64,000 nt of DNA from an uncultured Candidatus Saccharibacteria bacterium (GCA_964580065.1 CAZOJE010000001.1:23717-87716); one strand, 5' to 3'; numbered from the stretch's first letter, positions 42,238 through 53,577 are shown. Notes: a model not told the origin generated them from the sequence alone. Numbers and translations are program-made.

Positions 42238-44223
42238 ATGTTTAAAGTTGTAAGCAAATATAAACCTTCGGGATCGCAGCCGGAAGCGATCAAGCAACTT
42301 GTTGATGGTGTTAAAAATGAGAAAAATCAACAGGTTCTTTTGGGTGTGACCGGAAGCGGAAAAACTTTTACAGTTGCCAATGTTGTTGAAAAGCTCCAAC
42401 TTCCGACACTAGTAATTGCTCACAATAAAACCTTGGCGGCGCAGTTAACGCAAGAATTCAGAGAATACTTTCCACACTCGGCGGTGGGCTATTTTGTCAG
42501 CTACTATGATTATTATCAGCCGGAAGCTTATTTACCCAATACTGATACTTATATAGAAAAAGAAGCGACAATCAACGAAGAAATTGAGCGCCTTCGCAAT
42601 GCGGCAACCGAGGCAATATTGAATCGTAACGATGTCATTATTGTTTCATCGGTTTCGTGCATTTATGGCTTGGGCTCGCCGGAATATTACAAAAATGCGA
42701 TCAGAGAATTTACTGTTGGGCAAAAAATTTCCCGAATGGAAGTGATGCAAAATCTGGTTGACTTGCTTTTTAGCCGAAACGATATTGAGTTAGCGAAAGG
42801 AACTTTTAGGTCGGTCGGCATGGGGATTGAGATTGTTCCCGCTAGCGAACAAAAAATTATTAAATTAAATTTTAAAGATGAGGCAATTGTCGAGATTGTT
42901 ATTTTAGACAGCGTAAACCGCGACGTAATTGATCGTTATGATAGAATTCAGATTTTTCCGGCCAAACATTATTTAGCGCCGGAAAATATAGTCAAAAAAG
43001 CTTTGAGTGAAATTGAACGTGATCTCGAAAAACGCTTGGCGGAGTTTAGAAAAGAAGGCAAAATTTTGGAAGCGGAAAGATTGAGTCGCAAAACCCGTTA
43101 TGATTTGGAGATGATTCAATCGGTTGGCTATTGCAACGGGATTGAAAACTATTCTCGATATTTTGACGGTCGCGCGCCCAACGAACCCCCCTATACTTTA
43201 ATCGACTACTTTAAAATGAAATACGGCGATGATTTTTTGCTTGTCATAGACGAGTCGCACGTAACTGTGCCGCAATTAAACGGTATGTATGCAGGTGATA
43301 AAAGCCGAAAAGACATGCTGATAAATTATGGTTTTCGTTTGCCAAGTGCCCGCGATAACCGGCCACTCAAGTTTGTCGAGTTTGAAAAAATGGTCAAAAA
43401 GGCAATTTACGTTTCGGCAACGCCCGCCAAATATGAAATAGAAAAATCAAAAGGTCAGATAGTCGAACAGGTTGTCCGGCCAACCGGTCTTGTTGATCCT
43501 CAAGTCGAAGTTCGCAAAACTGAAAATCAAATTAACGATTTGATTGATGAAATTCAAAAAACGATTGCCTCGAGTGAGCGAGTTTTGGTAACTACGCTGA
43601 CAAAAAAGATGGCCGAAGATTTATCTAATTATCTTAAAGAAAAAGATATTAAGGTCAAATATTTGCACAGTGGGGTTGAAACTATTGAAAGAATTCGCCT
43701 GATTAGCGCCTTGAGATCTGGCGAATTTGATGTTTTAGTTGGTGTCAATCTCTTGCGCGAAGGTCTCGATATGCCCGAAGTTTCTCTAGTGGCAGTATTG
43801 GATGCTGATAAAGAGGGTTTTTTACGCAGTGAGACTTCTTTGATTCAAACAATTGGGCGCGCGGCTAGAAATGTTAACGGTCGAGTGATTTTGTATGCCG
43901 ATAATGTAACGCGTTCGATGCAAAGTGCCATACTGGAAACTAACCGTCGTCGGAAGATTCAGCTGGCTTACAATGAAGCACACGATATTACGCCAAAAAC
44001 TATCGAAAAGGAAATAAAATCGATCGCTTCCGAAATAGGAGAGTTTGCGCTTGATGATGTAGAAAAGTCCTTGAGCGAAAAAGATTCAAAACGCTTGATT
44101 CGTGAAAAAGAACAACAAATGAAACAAGCGGCGCAGGAACTTAGATTTGAAGAGGCGGCAATTTTACGAGACCAAATTGCTTCACTTAAAAAATCGAGTC
44201 GTTTCTTTTCTAGGGTGAGATAA
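42238..44223 (+). CDS. uvrB: excinuclease ABC subunit B
   Basis: PSGSQPEAIKQL...GVTGSGKTFT, full-length conservation through the C-terminal UVR domain. Confidence 0.95.
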   Translation: MFKVVSKYKPSGSQPEAIKQLVDGVKNEKNQQVLLGVTGSGKTFTVANVVEKLQLPTLVIAHNKTLAAQLTQEFREYFPHSAVGYFVSYYDYYQPEAYLPNTDTYIEKEATINEEIERLRNAATEAILNRNDVIIVSSVSCIYGLGSPEYYKNAIREFTVGQKISRMEVMQNLVDLLFSRNDIELAKGTFRSVGMGIEIVPASEQKIIKLNFKDEAIVEIVILDSVNRDVIDRYDRIQIFPAKHYLAPENIVKKALSEIERDLEKRLAEFRKEGKILEAERLSRKTRYDLEMIQSVGYCNGIENYSRYFDGRAPNEPPYTLIDYFKMKYGDDFLLVIDESHVTVPQLNGMYAGDKSRKDMLINYGFRLPSARDNRPLKFVEFEKMVKKAIYVSATPAKYEIEKSKGQIVEQVVRPTGLVDPQVEVRKTENQINDLIDEIQKTIASSERVLVTTLTKKMAEDLSNYLKEKDIKVKYLHSGVETIERIRLISALRSGEFDVLVGVNLLREGLDMPEVSLVAVLDADKEGFLRSETSLIQTIGRAARNVNGRVILYADNVTRSMQSAILETNRRRKIQLAYNEAHDITPKTIEKEIKSIASEIGEFALDDVEKSLSEKDSKRLIREKEQQMKQAAQELRFEEAAILRDQIASLKKSSRFFSRVR

Positions 44224-44242
44224 GTAGATATACTTAAAAGTA

Positions 44243-45091
44243 GTGGCTATAAAAGAGAGAAAACCAGTTTTAATTATTAGATTGTACAAACGTCATATTT
44301 TGCTTATTACGGCACTGATTGTGACTGGATTTTTGGGATATGGCAGTTATTTTAGGCGTTATATGACCCTGCCGCAGTCGGCGATTAATATCGTGCAAGA
44401 AGTGCCATTTTCGGTTGAAAGCAAAAAAGTTTTAATTTTAGCGCCCCATTGTGATGATGAAACACTTGGTGCTGGCGGGTTAATCCAGAAAACTTTAAAA
44501 TCTGGCGGGCAAGTGAAAGTCGCTATTGTGACTGATTGCGATTATCACAAAACAGGAGCGACGCGGAGGAATGAATCGATTAGTGCCCTAAAACAACTTG
44601 GTTTATCGAAAGAGAATGTTAGTTTTTTAAATTTTCCCGAACGCGGTGAAAATATGCAGGGTGATATTAACGAAGAAACGAGCATCTCAAAATCCATTAG
44701 TCAGCTTGTTGATGGTTTCTCGCCTGACGTTGTAGTTTTGCCTCATCCTAACGATACACACAGCGATCATGCTATTACTGGCAAGGCGGGGGAAATTGTT
44801 TTAAGGGATAAAGACAATATCAAGATAATGTACTATTTAATTCATTATAATTTTTTGAAGTTTCCGTCGCCTTCGGGTTTTCGTCCAGACGGGTATTTGT
44901 TGCCGCCGGCGGCACTAATTAATTTTACCGATCTTTGGTACAAATTTCCGCTTGATCAAACTGACGAAGAGCAAAAGGAAATGGCAATTTTGGAATATAA
45001 AACACAGTTGCGCAAAACCAACCCCATACTTTATAAAATTATGTTCGATTTTGTTCGTCGCAATGAGCTTTTCATGATTAAAAGCAATTAG
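44243..45091 (+). CDS. PIG-L/LmbE family deacetylase
   Basis: LILAPHCDDETLGAGG and HPNDTHSDH motifs. Confidence 0.8.
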   Translation: MAIKERKPVLIIRLYKRHILLITALIVTGFLGYGSYFRRYMTLPQSAINIVQEVPFSVESKKVLILAPHCDDETLGAGGLIQKTLKSGGQVKVAIVTDCDYHKTGATRRNESISALKQLGLSKENVSFLNFPERGENMQGDINEETSISKSISQLVDGFSPDVVVLPHPNDTHSDHAITGKAGEIVLRDKDNIKIMYYLIHYNFLKFPSPSGFRPDGYLLPPAALINFTDLWYKFPLDQTDEEQKEMAILEYKTQLRKTNPILYKIMFDFVRRNELFMIKSN

Positions 45092-45140
45092 CGCAAGTGT
45101 CAAGAGGCATATTTTTTAAACCGATATTTGTTCTCAATGT

Positions 45141-48011
45141 TTGATTTTTGTTCGGTATTATAATAAAATGTTGTCTATGCAAAACGAAATGGATTATATT
45201 TTTGTTAAGGGAGCGCGCGAGCACAATCTCAAAAATGTTGATGTTAAAATTCCGCGCAATAAATTAGTCGTTATTACCGGTCTTTCAGGGAGCGGTAAAT
45301 CTTCGTTGGCTTTTGACACTATTTATGCTGAAGGCCAGCGTCGATATATGGAATCTCTTTCCAGCTACGCCAGACAATTTTTGGGGCAGATGGAAAAGCC
45401 GGATGTCGACTATATTGAAGGTCTTTCGCCGGCGATTTCGATAGATCAAAAGGCGGTTTCGAAAAATCCACGTTCCACAGTTGGGACGGTTACGGAAATA
45501 TACGATTATCTTAGGGTATTGTTTGCGCGTATTGGTAAGGCCCATTGTCCAATTGACGGTAAAAGAATTCAGCAATACAGCGTCGATGAAGTGGCTGATT
45601 TTGTTTTGGAGAATTTTGCCGACAAAGAAATCGCAATTCATTCACCGATTGTCCGTGGCAGAAAGGGCGATTATCTGACGTTGCTAACCGACTTGAAAAA
45701 GAAAGGGTACGAATTTGCTCGGATTGATAAAGAAACAATTAAGCTATCTGATGTTAAAAGATTGGAAAGGTATAAAGCGCACAATATCAGTGTTTTGGTT
45801 GATGAAATATCGATAAAAAAAGGTAATCAATCAGATGAGTCCAAGTCTCGTCTCTCTCAATCACTAGAAGAAGCTACGAAATTGTCGGAAGGTTTGGTTT
45901 TAATTATTTCAAACGACGAAGAAATTATTTTTTCAACAAGATTCTCCTGTCCTGACGGCCATGTTTTTGAGGAAATCGAGCCGCGTCTTTTTTCTTTTAA
46001 TAATCCTTATGGCGCCTGTCCGAGCTGTTTGGGCTTGGGCTATCACCAAGAAGTTGATCCAAGCTTGATTATTCCCGATAAGAATAAAACAATTGATGAA
46101 GGCGGCATATTGCCCTGGAGTTATTCCCATTTTAATTACTACGGTTCCATTATCCGTTCAGTAGCAAAGGCCCTCGGTACGGGTACAAGTGTGCCGATTA
46201 AAAATTTTTCGTCAGAAATTCTCGATTTTTTTCTCTTTGGCTCCAGCACAGAAGAATATTTACCGGTAACTTATTACTCTCAAGGCCGACCGATGCATTT
46301 TACAATAAAGTTTAATGGGCTGATAGATCTACTGGCAAAAAGATACGACAAAACTGACTCGGACGCAGTGCGCGAAGAAATCTCTAAATATATGGCAAAA
46401 ATGCCTTGCGAAACCTGTGGCGGAAGACGATTAAAACCGGAGGCCTTGGCCGTAACGATTGATAGAAAAAATATTGACGAGGTTGCCAATATGACAATAT
46501 CCCAGTTGCTAAAGTTTTTTACTAACCTTGATTTATCAGAAGAAGAAAAGTTAATTTCCGATCGTTTAATAAAGGAAATAATTGGTCGAGCAAAATTTTT
46601 AAAAAATGTTGGGCTTAAATATCTTACTTTGAGCCGATTCGCTAACAGTCTTTCTGGTGGTGAAACACAGAGGATTCGTTTGGCCTCCCAAATTGGTTCA
46701 GGGTTGATGGGAGTTTTATACGTTTTAGACGAGCCGTCAATTGGTTTGCATCAAAAAGATAACGCCCAGCTACTAAAAACACTAAGGGATTTGCGAGATT
46801 TAGGCAACACTGTTTTAGTAATTGAACATGATGAAGAAACAATGAAGCAAGCCGATTGGGTCGTTGATGTTGGGCCTGGGGCAGGCGAAAAAGGTGGACA
46901 TATTGTGGCAACTGGCACAGCGGAAGAAATCGCCCAAAATCCCGATTCAATTACAGGATCTTACTTGAGTGGACGTAAAAAAATTAAAGTTCCAGAAAAA
47001 AGAAGGCAGGTAAGTGGAAAATATCTTTCCATAATTGGCGCGGGGGCGAACAATTTAAAGGATATTACGGTTAAAATTCCGGTTGGCTCTTTTGTCGCAG
47101 TAACGGGCGTCTCTGGAAGTGGCAAATCCACGTTCGTGAATGATGTTCTTTACAAGGGACTAAAGAGAGAGCTGGGTCATGGTTGGGAGAAGCCCGGAAG
47201 ATACAAAGCGATAGAAGGAAAGGAAAACATTGATAAGGTAATTTGTATTGACCAATCGCCAATTGGCCGCACTCCAAGGAGCAACCCAGCAACTTATACG
47301 AAATCATTTGATATTATCAGGGACCTTTTTACTTTATCTAAAGAAGCAAAAATCCGCGGCTATAATCCCGGTCGTTTTTCCTTCAACGTTGCTGGCGGCC
47401 GATGTGAGAAATGCCGCGGTGATGGTGTTTTAAAAATTGAAATGCATTTTTTGCCAGATGTATTTATTCCTTGTGATGTTTGTAAAGGAGCGCGTTATAA
47501 TAGGGAGACTTTACAGGTTAAATATAACGGCAAAAATATTGCTGATGTTTTGGCGATGAGCGTTGATGAAGCAAGTGATTTCTTTAAAAATATTCCTAAA
47601 CTTTATGATAAACTGAAAGTTCTACAAGACGTTGGACTTGGTTACATTCGTTTAGGCCAACCGGCAACAACATTATCTGGCGGTGAAGCCCAAAGAATAA
47701 AGCTCGCCAGTGAATTGTCGAAAAGAGCGACTGGCAAAACACTGTATGTTCTTGACGAACCGACAACGGGCTTGCATTTTTATGACGTAGCAAAGCTTTT
47801 AGATGTACTCAATCGACTAGTCGATGCAGGAAATACGATAGTTGTAATCGAGCATAATTTAGATGTTATCAAAACAGCCGACTATGTAATTGATCTAGGG
47901 CCAGAAGGTGGTGACGAAGGTGGCAAAGTAGTCGCGGCTGGATCGCCTGAAGCTATTAGCGGTGTGGATGCCTCTTATACTGGACAGTATCTTAAAAAAA
48001 TACTAAAATAA
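45141..48011 (+). CDS. uvrA: excinuclease ABC subunit A
   Basis: Two ABC ATPase modules (GLSGSGKSS and GVSGSGKST), zinc fingers, LSGGE.QR signatures. The true start may be one of the nearby in-frame Mets. Confidence 0.95.
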   Translation: MIFVRYYNKMLSMQNEMDYIFVKGAREHNLKNVDVKIPRNKLVVITGLSGSGKSSLAFDTIYAEGQRRYMESLSSYARQFLGQMEKPDVDYIEGLSPAISIDQKAVSKNPRSTVGTVTEIYDYLRVLFARIGKAHCPIDGKRIQQYSVDEVADFVLENFADKEIAIHSPIVRGRKGDYLTLLTDLKKKGYEFARIDKETIKLSDVKRLERYKAHNISVLVDEISIKKGNQSDESKSRLSQSLEEATKLSEGLVLIISNDEEIIFSTRFSCPDGHVFEEIEPRLFSFNNPYGACPSCLGLGYHQEVDPSLIIPDKNKTIDEGGILPWSYSHFNYYGSIIRSVAKALGTGTSVPIKNFSSEILDFFLFGSSTEEYLPVTYYSQGRPMHFTIKFNGLIDLLAKRYDKTDSDAVREEISKYMAKMPCETCGGRRLKPEALAVTIDRKNIDEVANMTISQLLKFFTNLDLSEEEKLISDRLIKEIIGRAKFLKNVGLKYLTLSRFANSLSGGETQRIRLASQIGSGLMGVLYVLDEPSIGLHQKDNAQLLKTLRDLRDLGNTVLVIEHDEETMKQADWVVDVGPGAGEKGGHIVATGTAEEIAQNPDSITGSYLSGRKKIKVPEKRRQVSGKYLSIIGAGANNLKDITVKIPVGSFVAVTGVSGSGKSTFVNDVLYKGLKRELGHGWEKPGRYKAIEGKENIDKVICIDQSPIGRTPRSNPATYTKSFDIIRDLFTLSKEAKIRGYNPGRFSFNVAGGRCEKCRGDGVLKIEMHFLPDVFIPCDVCKGARYNRETLQVKYNGKNIADVLAMSVDEASDFFKNIPKLYDKLKVLQDVGLGYIRLGQPATTLSGGEAQRIKLASELSKRATGKTLYVLDEPTTGLHFYDVAKLLDVLNRLVDAGNTIVVIEHNLDVIKTADYVIDLGPEGGDEGGKVVAAGSPEAISGVDASYTGQYLKKILK

Positions 48012-48031
48012 GCGCAATCCTCTGAAGGGAA

Positions 48032-48262
48032 GTGGTTGCTATGCTGCTAATTGATATTGCCGCCTACAACCTGAGGGATCCGCGACAACTCATGCGGTTG
48101 TTCTGCAGAATTGTCAATGCAAGTATTTCGGAGTATCTGGCGATTCTTTCCGAGGTGAGGAAGGGGTTGATCGGATATGGGCTGCATTCAAGTATGGCTG
48201 AAAGCTTCATTAACGAGGCGGAAAGCGAGGCATGGGAGGTGATGGTAAATGAGGCCGGCTAG
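48032..48262 (+). CDS. small hypothetical protein in a moderately GC-richer segment
   Basis: 76-aa ORF followed by a strong terminator. No recognisable family. Confidence 0.3.
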   Translation: MVAMLLIDIAAYNLRDPRQLMRLFCRIVNASISEYLAILSEVRKGLIGYGLHSSMAESFINEAESEAWEVMVNEAG

Positions 48263-48270
48263 CAGTCTCC

Positions 48271-48309
48271 ATGCGCCGCCGGGGACAACATCCGAGCGGC
48301 GCATTTTTT
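48271..48309 (+). terminator. Rho-independent terminator (ATGCGCCGC...GCGGCGCAT + TTTTTT)
   Basis: 9-bp GC stem followed by a T-run. Confidence 0.7.
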
Positions 48310-48314
48310 AACTT

Positions 48315-49523
48315 ATGAAAAACTTAAAAACAAAGGTACTAAATTTTCCCGAAAAACCGGGCGTTTATATTATGAAAAACATTGCCGGGGAAATTATTTA
48401 TATTGGCAAGGCGACTTCGCTTAAAGAAAGAGTCCGCTCGTATTTTTCAAGTAATATTGCGCCAAAGACAATTCAGCAGATGCTTGAGGTTACTGACATT
48501 GAATATCAGCTGACGGAAAGTGCCTTCGAGGCCTTGGTGCTAGAATCGAACTTAATTAAAAAATACTTTCCCAAATATAACATCAGAGAAAAAGATGATA
48601 AAAGTCGATCGTATATTTACATTACTAATGAAAGTTTTCCGCGAATTTATATCTTAAGAGCCAGTGATTTGGCTAAAGAAAAATATTTAAATAAAAACTT
48701 GTTTGGACCATTTGGATCAGGCCATGTAGTTGGTCAGGCCTTGGATGTGATAAGAGAAATTGTGCCTTTTCGAACTTGTCGCATTATGCCTAAAAAGAAA
48801 TGTTTGTATGGGCGGCTTGGGCTTTGTGAGGCGCCGTGCGAAGGCAAAATAGCAAAAGATGATTACAATAAAAACATTAAAAGTATAAAAAATTTCTTAT
48901 CGGGGAAAAAAGAAAAAGTTCTTAATCAATTCAAAAAAGATTTAAAATTCTATTCTAAAAACCTTGAGTTTGAAAAAGCCGCGGAAATTCGCGATAGAAT
49001 TTTTGCTTTAGAGCATTTAAAGAAAGTTCATGTCGTCAGTGATTCGAATGCCACCGTGTACGATCGTATAGAAGGATACGACATTTCGAATATTTTTGGA
49101 GAATATGCTACTGGATCAATGGTGGTATTCATAAATGGTGAAAGTGAAAAAAGCGAATACAGAAAATTTAAAATTAAAACAGTCAAGGGTGCGAATGATG
49201 TCGCGATGATGAAAGAAGTGCTTGAGAGAAGATTCCGCAACAACTGGCCATATCCGGATTTAATTTTAATTGATGGCGGCCGACCACAGGTAAACGCGGC
49301 ACTGGAAGTTTTGAAAGAAAGAGGTCTAAATATTCCAATTGTTGGCCTTGCTAAGGGGCCAGATCGAAAAAAAGATGAAATTGTAGCAAGTAAAACCTTT
49401 CCACGAGACGAAATTAGTTTGCTTAAGCAAGTGCGTGATGAAGCCCATCGCTTTGCCAAAGGATATTACGAAAAACTACATCGTCGCGGCTTGCTTAGTG
49501 ATTTTACCGACAAAGCTCGTTAA
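48315..49523 (+). CDS. uvrC: excinuclease ABC subunit C, short form (GIY-YIG + Cys-rich + UvrBC-interaction + RNase H-like endonuclease; no C-terminal HhH pair)
   Basis: GVYIMKN..GEIIYIGKA is the GIY-YIG. FRTCR...C...C..C. UvrBC domain EKAAEIRDRIFALE. The endonuclease domain follows up to the stop at 402 aa. Confidence 0.85.
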   Translation: MKNLKTKVLNFPEKPGVYIMKNIAGEIIYIGKATSLKERVRSYFSSNIAPKTIQQMLEVTDIEYQLTESAFEALVLESNLIKKYFPKYNIREKDDKSRSYIYITNESFPRIYILRASDLAKEKYLNKNLFGPFGSGHVVGQALDVIREIVPFRTCRIMPKKKCLYGRLGLCEAPCEGKIAKDDYNKNIKSIKNFLSGKKEKVLNQFKKDLKFYSKNLEFEKAAEIRDRIFALEHLKKVHVVSDSNATVYDRIEGYDISNIFGEYATGSMVVFINGESEKSEYRKFKIKTVKGANDVAMMKEVLERRFRNNWPYPDLILIDGGRPQVNAALEVLKERGLNIPIVGLAKGPDRKKDEIVASKTFPRDEISLLKQVRDEAHRFAKGYYEKLHRRGLLSDFTDKAR

Positions 49524-49929
49524 TTTGCTGACCGACAATATTCAAGCCAACAGAATCAGCGTTTAGCTCGATGGCCTTGTCGGCTTTTGTTTTAGATTCG
49601 TAAGTTTTAGCTGGATTGGTTGGGTCTGGCTCAACGCTCATTTCTTTAACATCAACAATTCGACAACCGTCGAGAAAAACTATTTCCAAAGGGATCAGAG
49701 TATCCTTCATCCAAAAAATTTGAATGTCTCTTGTGCCAAAGAGAAAAAGCATTCCGTTATTTTGTTCAAGTGTCGCTCTGGAAGATAGCCCCTTTTTCCT
49801 TTGTTCATCGGTTTTGGCAATCTCTAAATTAAACGTTTTTCCATTGATGTGGACAGTTTGAAAATCACGATTATTCGTGCAACCGACTAAAAATAGAGCT
49901 ATGATAATAAAAATAAGAGACTTTTTCAT
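49504..49929 (-). CDS. DUF192 lipoprotein
   Basis: Lipobox LFLVGC. GLSSRATLEQNNGMLFLF...FWMKDTLIPLEIVFLD. Confidence 0.75.
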   Translation of the reverse strand: MKKSLIFIIIALFLVGCTNNRDFQTVHINGKTFNLEIAKTDEQRKKGLSSRATLEQNNGMLFLFGTRDIQIFWMKDTLIPLEIVFLDGCRIVDVKEMSVEPDPTNPAKTYESKTKADKAIELNADSVGLNIVGQQINELCR

Positions 49930-50025
49930 ATAATGAATTTATCATTTTTCCATATTTTTCTAATACGTTAAATCTAGTATAGATCATATAAAATAATAAT
50001 TTAAGCAATTTAATTAGGAAAAAAT

Positions 50026-51297
50026 ATGCAAGATAAACAAGAGTTCAAAAATAAATTCCAAATCGAAGCAAAATATGAAATTATCGTTCCCAGCCGAGTT
50101 AATCTAATTGGCGAACATTCGGATTATTTTGGTAATTTCGTCATGTCGATGGCTGTGGAAAATGTCAAAATGAAGTCGTATCTGTGCCCAAGAGATGACG
50201 ACAAGGTGCGAATGTTTTCTGTTAATTTATCTGAAAGTAAAGGGATAACAAACGGAAATTATAAGCCGTTCGAAGAATTTTCTGTTTTAGACGATCGAAT
50301 AAATGACCAATGGGTGCAATATGTTCAAGGGGCAATTGCGATGTATGCCGAAGAGTATACTAGACGTAAATTAAAAGGTTTTGATTTACTGATCGACTCA
50401 AGTATTCCGGTCGGCGGGGGGCTATCATCGTCTTCGGCGTTGACCATGACAGCCATTGTGGCTTTAGGCATTGCCAACGGCTTTACGGACGGGGCTAAAA
50501 ATTACACGCCGGAAGAAGGTCTGGCGATTTTGAACAAAAAAGACGACAGTGAAACGACTAAAAATCTTTTTCGCAAATTGTTTATGATGGGTTGCTGGAG
50601 CGAATATTGGTATGGCACAAGGGGCGGTTTCAATGATCATCTGGCAATGACCGTCGGTAAAAAAGGGGTGGCTTCTGTTTCGGATAATTTTAAAAAAGAT
50701 TATGAATACGTCCCCCTGCCGCGAGGGTTGAGTATTGTCATTTGCAATACTATGGTAAGACATAATCAGCTTTATTCTGAATATGATAATCGAAAAAAAG
50801 ATGCTTGGCATGGTTTTGCAAAATTAAACCATTACGTTCCTAGTGCTAAAAATGTCCGTGATATTTCTTTGGAATTACTCGAGGAACACAAGAACGAACT
50901 TACTGAAAATGAATACAAGAGATTGTTGCATCCGATTACCGAAAAACAAAGAGTATTTGATTTTATTGACGCTTTAAAGGAACGTGATTTTGCAAAAGCG
51001 GGCGAGCTTTTAAACAAAACTCACGAGAGTTTAAGAAGAAACTATGAGGTGTCGTGCAATGAATTAAATATTATGCAACGAGCGGCGGTGAATAGCCCCG
51101 GCTGTTATGGGGCGCGTCTTGTCGGCGGTGGGTTTGGCGGATGCGTCATAGCGCTAGTCGATGAGAGTAAAAAAAATGATTTTATTGTTCGTGTCAAAAA
51201 AGAATATGACAATGATCCGGAAATTTCAGCGTTGGAAATTGACAGTGAAATTTGGGAAGCTGTAAGTGGCGAAGGTATCTTAGTTAACGAGCTTTAA
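50026..51297 (+). CDS. GHMP kinase, galactokinase-like
   Basis: PSRVNLIGEHSDY matches the galactokinase signature. PVGGGLSSSSAL is the GHMP ATP-binding motif. Confidence 0.8.
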   Translation: MQDKQEFKNKFQIEAKYEIIVPSRVNLIGEHSDYFGNFVMSMAVENVKMKSYLCPRDDDKVRMFSVNLSESKGITNGNYKPFEEFSVLDDRINDQWVQYVQGAIAMYAEEYTRRKLKGFDLLIDSSIPVGGGLSSSSALTMTAIVALGIANGFTDGAKNYTPEEGLAILNKKDDSETTKNLFRKLFMMGCWSEYWYGTRGGFNDHLAMTVGKKGVASVSDNFKKDYEYVPLPRGLSIVICNTMVRHNQLYSEYDNRKKDAWHGFAKLNHYVPSAKNVRDISLELLEEHKNELTENEYKRLLHPITEKQRVFDFIDALKERDFAKAGELLNKTHESLRRNYEVSCNELNIMQRAAVNSPGCYGARLVGGGFGGCVIALVDESKKNDFIVRVKKEYDNDPEISALEIDSEIWEAVSGEGILVNEL

Positions 51298-51317
51298 TTT
51301 TTTTAGCTGAGAGCAAA

Positions 51318-52184
51318 ATGCCCGAATTGCCCGAAGTAGAAATCATCAAAAGAGGTCTCGAACAAAAGATTATTGGCAGAACCATTGCCTCTGTTGATGT
51401 ACGCGAGAGTAAAATTTTTCAGGGTAGAAAAGAAGATGTAGTTGACTCTAAAATTATTAACATCAAGCGGCGGGCCAAGATGATTGTGATAGAACTATCT
51501 AACCAAAAAAGTCTTTTAATCCATTTGAAAATGACCGGTCAGCTTATTTTCGATCGCAAACCAAACGACAAAACTACTCGGACGGCTGGTGGACATCCGT
51601 CTAAAGATTGGGTGGCTGATTTACCAAGTCAATTCACGAGAGTGATTTTTGTTTTTACAGATGGAAGCGTTTTGTATTTTAACGATTTGCGTAAATTCGG
51701 CTATATTAAAGTCTATAAAAGCTCTGAAATTGATGATCTCAAAGTTTTGCGTGAGCTTGGGCCGGAGCCATTTGATAAAGAATTTACGGCGGAATATTTA
51801 TTACGCTGTTGTGATAAAAAACCGCGAACAAAAATAAAACAACTTTTAATTGATCAAACGATAATTTCGGGCGTTGGTAATATATACGCCGATGAGTCGC
51901 TTTTTTGCGCCCATATTTCGCCTCTGCGGTTAGGGCGCGATATTAAATTATCGGAATTAAGAAAGATTGCAGAATGTGTCAAAGAAGTTTTAACGAAAGC
52001 GCTTAAAATGGGCGGTTCAAGCGAAAATACTTTTGTCGACGTTGAAGGAAAAAGGGGACAAATGCAAAACCATTTTTTGGTATATCGTCAAACAGGAAGA
52101 AATTGTCCGAATGGCTGTGGAAAAATAATGAGAACGACTGTGGGAGGCAGAGGAACGCATTATTGCCCAATTTGCCAAGTTTAA
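51318..52184 (+). CDS. mutM: formamidopyrimidine-DNA glycosylase
   Basis: N-terminal MPELPEVE. H2TH region. C-terminal zinc finger CPNGCG...C..C. Confidence 0.9.
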   Translation: MPELPEVEIIKRGLEQKIIGRTIASVDVRESKIFQGRKEDVVDSKIINIKRRAKMIVIELSNQKSLLIHLKMTGQLIFDRKPNDKTTRTAGGHPSKDWVADLPSQFTRVIFVFTDGSVLYFNDLRKFGYIKVYKSSEIDDLKVLRELGPEPFDKEFTAEYLLRCCDKKPRTKIKQLLIDQTIISGVGNIYADESLFCAHISPLRLGRDIKLSELRKIAECVKEVLTKALKMGGSSENTFVDVEGKRGQMQNHFLVYRQTGRNCPNGCGKIMRTTVGGRGTHYCPICQV

Positions 52185-52407
52185 TTAATTTGATAAGGAT
52201 AAAAAAACTGTTATTATAAAAATATGTTAACCGAATTAATAAATAAGACCTTTGCATATTGGTTTTTTACCGACTCTCACAGCCGGCGTTTTTAGTTATT
52301 TAAAATAATCAAAATAAATTTAGCCGGCTGAAGAGCCGGTTTTTTTGTGTTTAGCTGCTAACTTTCGATTTTCGAAGGTTGGCACATTGAACACAAGGGA
52401 GGCAGAA

Positions 52408-52593
52408 ATGGACGCTCAAGAGGTGTTCTTTAAAAGGGCGCTTGTCTGGATGCAAGCATTGGAGCGAGCAAAAATGTCGGGAATCCAGTCGTGGATAAAC
52501 GACTGTGAAGAACAGGTAAGAAGGGCAAAAGAAGAAGCCGAGAGAGCCGGCTACCCTGTACCGATTCAAGAAGTGCCCAATCGCACCGCGTAA
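52408..52593 (+). CDS. small hypothetical protein (61 aa)
   Basis: GGGAGG SD before MDAQEVFF. Terminator downstream. Confidence 0.4.
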   Translation: MDAQEVFFKRALVWMQALERAKMSGIQSWINDCEEQVRRAKEEAERAGYPVPIQEVPNRTA

Positions 52594-52745
52594 CTGGTCT
52601 GCGTCGAATTTAGTTTGTTGAGAGGACCCTGCCTTTTGTGTTTTACGGGGTTGGATTTATTTGCAAGATCCAACCCTTATTTTTTTATTCAGCAATTTTG
52701 TCAAATCTAAGATGATTATTAGGCCTTGCGCTAACATAACGATTG

Positions 52746-52774
52746 TTGACCAGAGAAAAAATATTTGCTACGAT
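52746..52774 (+). promoter_or_regulatory. sigma-70-like promoter TTGACC-17 bp-TACGAT
   Basis: Both hexamers are a good match with canonical spacing. The putative +1 coincides with the ATG of a 27-codon ORF. Confidence 0.45.
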
Positions 52775-52781
52775 TTAACCG

Positions 52782-52865
52782 ATGAAAAACTTAGTTGCTA
52801 GCGCATTCGTATTATCGCTTGGTCTACTACTGGGCGACTCTTTACCTTTGCGGCGGGCACGCTGA
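52782..52865 (+). CDS. putative leaderless small hydrophobic peptide (27 aa, MKNLVASAFVLSLGLLLGDSLPLRRAR); could instead be a small RNA
   Basis: ATG about 7 nt downstream of the -10. The ORF is followed by a terminator. Confidence 0.25.
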   Translation: MKNLVASAFVLSLGLLLGDSLPLRRAR

Positions 52866-52894
52866 GTTTTTAGCACCTTTCAATCAATAAATAG

Positions 52895-52920
52895 AAAAGC
52901 CCCGTCGCAAGACGGGGTTT
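52895..52920 (+). terminator. Rho-independent terminator (AAAAGCCCCGTC-GCAA-GACGGGGTTTTTC)
   Basis: Stem CCCCGTC/GACGGGG followed by a T-run. Confidence 0.7.
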
Positions 52921-52999
52921 TTCTATTCCCTTTCATTTTTGGGCGTTCCTGCCTTTGTCGTATTTACTGCAAGGGCGCGACGCGCCCAAAAAGGAGAAA

Positions 53000-53380
53000 A
53001 TGAGAATGAACGAGTTTACTTTGGACGGAGCATGGATGAACGGCAATCAAACGTTTGCCGTCAGAGTGAGGACTCTCGATGGCATCGTCGTATCTGACGC
53101 TGCATCTAGCTCAAACTTGTTCGAAGCTATATCGAAGGCGTTCCAAAGAACGACGGGGGTTGACTTTTCGATCACATCTCTTGTGGTCGATTCGAGGTTC
53201 GAGAGCAACTCCGTGTCGTTCAAAGTCCATCTTTCTGTTGTTGCTGATGGGTTTTGGATGGCGAAAACCGAAGGAGAATCCAGCAACTTGGTCGAAGCGA
53301 TAGCGAGCGCGGCTTTGGCCGGTGTCAACATGCGTCTTCGGTACACTGCGGCCGCTCCAGCACCCGCTTCAGTTGCCTAG
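53000..53380 (+). CDS. hypothetical protein with an internal duplication (SSSNLFEAISKA / ESSNLVEAIASA)
   Basis: AAGGAG SD. Two repeated half-domains. Moderately GC-richer than surrounding genes. Confidence 0.45.
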   Translation: MRMNEFTLDGAWMNGNQTFAVRVRTLDGIVVSDAASSSNLFEAISKAFQRTTGVDFSITSLVVDSRFESNSVSFKVHLSVVADGFWMAKTEGESSNLVEAIASAALAGVNMRLRYTAAAPAPASVA

Positions 53381-53547
53381 TGTGGCAGCATCCGGGGCCT
53401 TGGCAGAATTTTCTGCCGAGGCCCTTGATCGTCAGGAGGGATTTTGATATTTTATATTCATATAAAATGTTTAGTTTAAACCAAAATATTATTGCTATCA
53501 TTATTACTCCGCCGACGCGGTGGTAGCTTAAAGTATCTTGAAAAACA

Positions 53548-53577
53548 AAGCTCCCGCCGCAAAACGGCGGTTTTTTT
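53548..53577 (+). terminator. Rho-independent terminator (CTCCCGCCGCAAAACGGCGG + TTTTTTT)
   Basis: GC stem followed by a T-run. Confidence 0.7.

Noticed and set aside
45285-47793. Short ORFs on both strands inside uvrA
   Set aside because: They are embedded in a 956-aa conserved CDS and have no independent signals.
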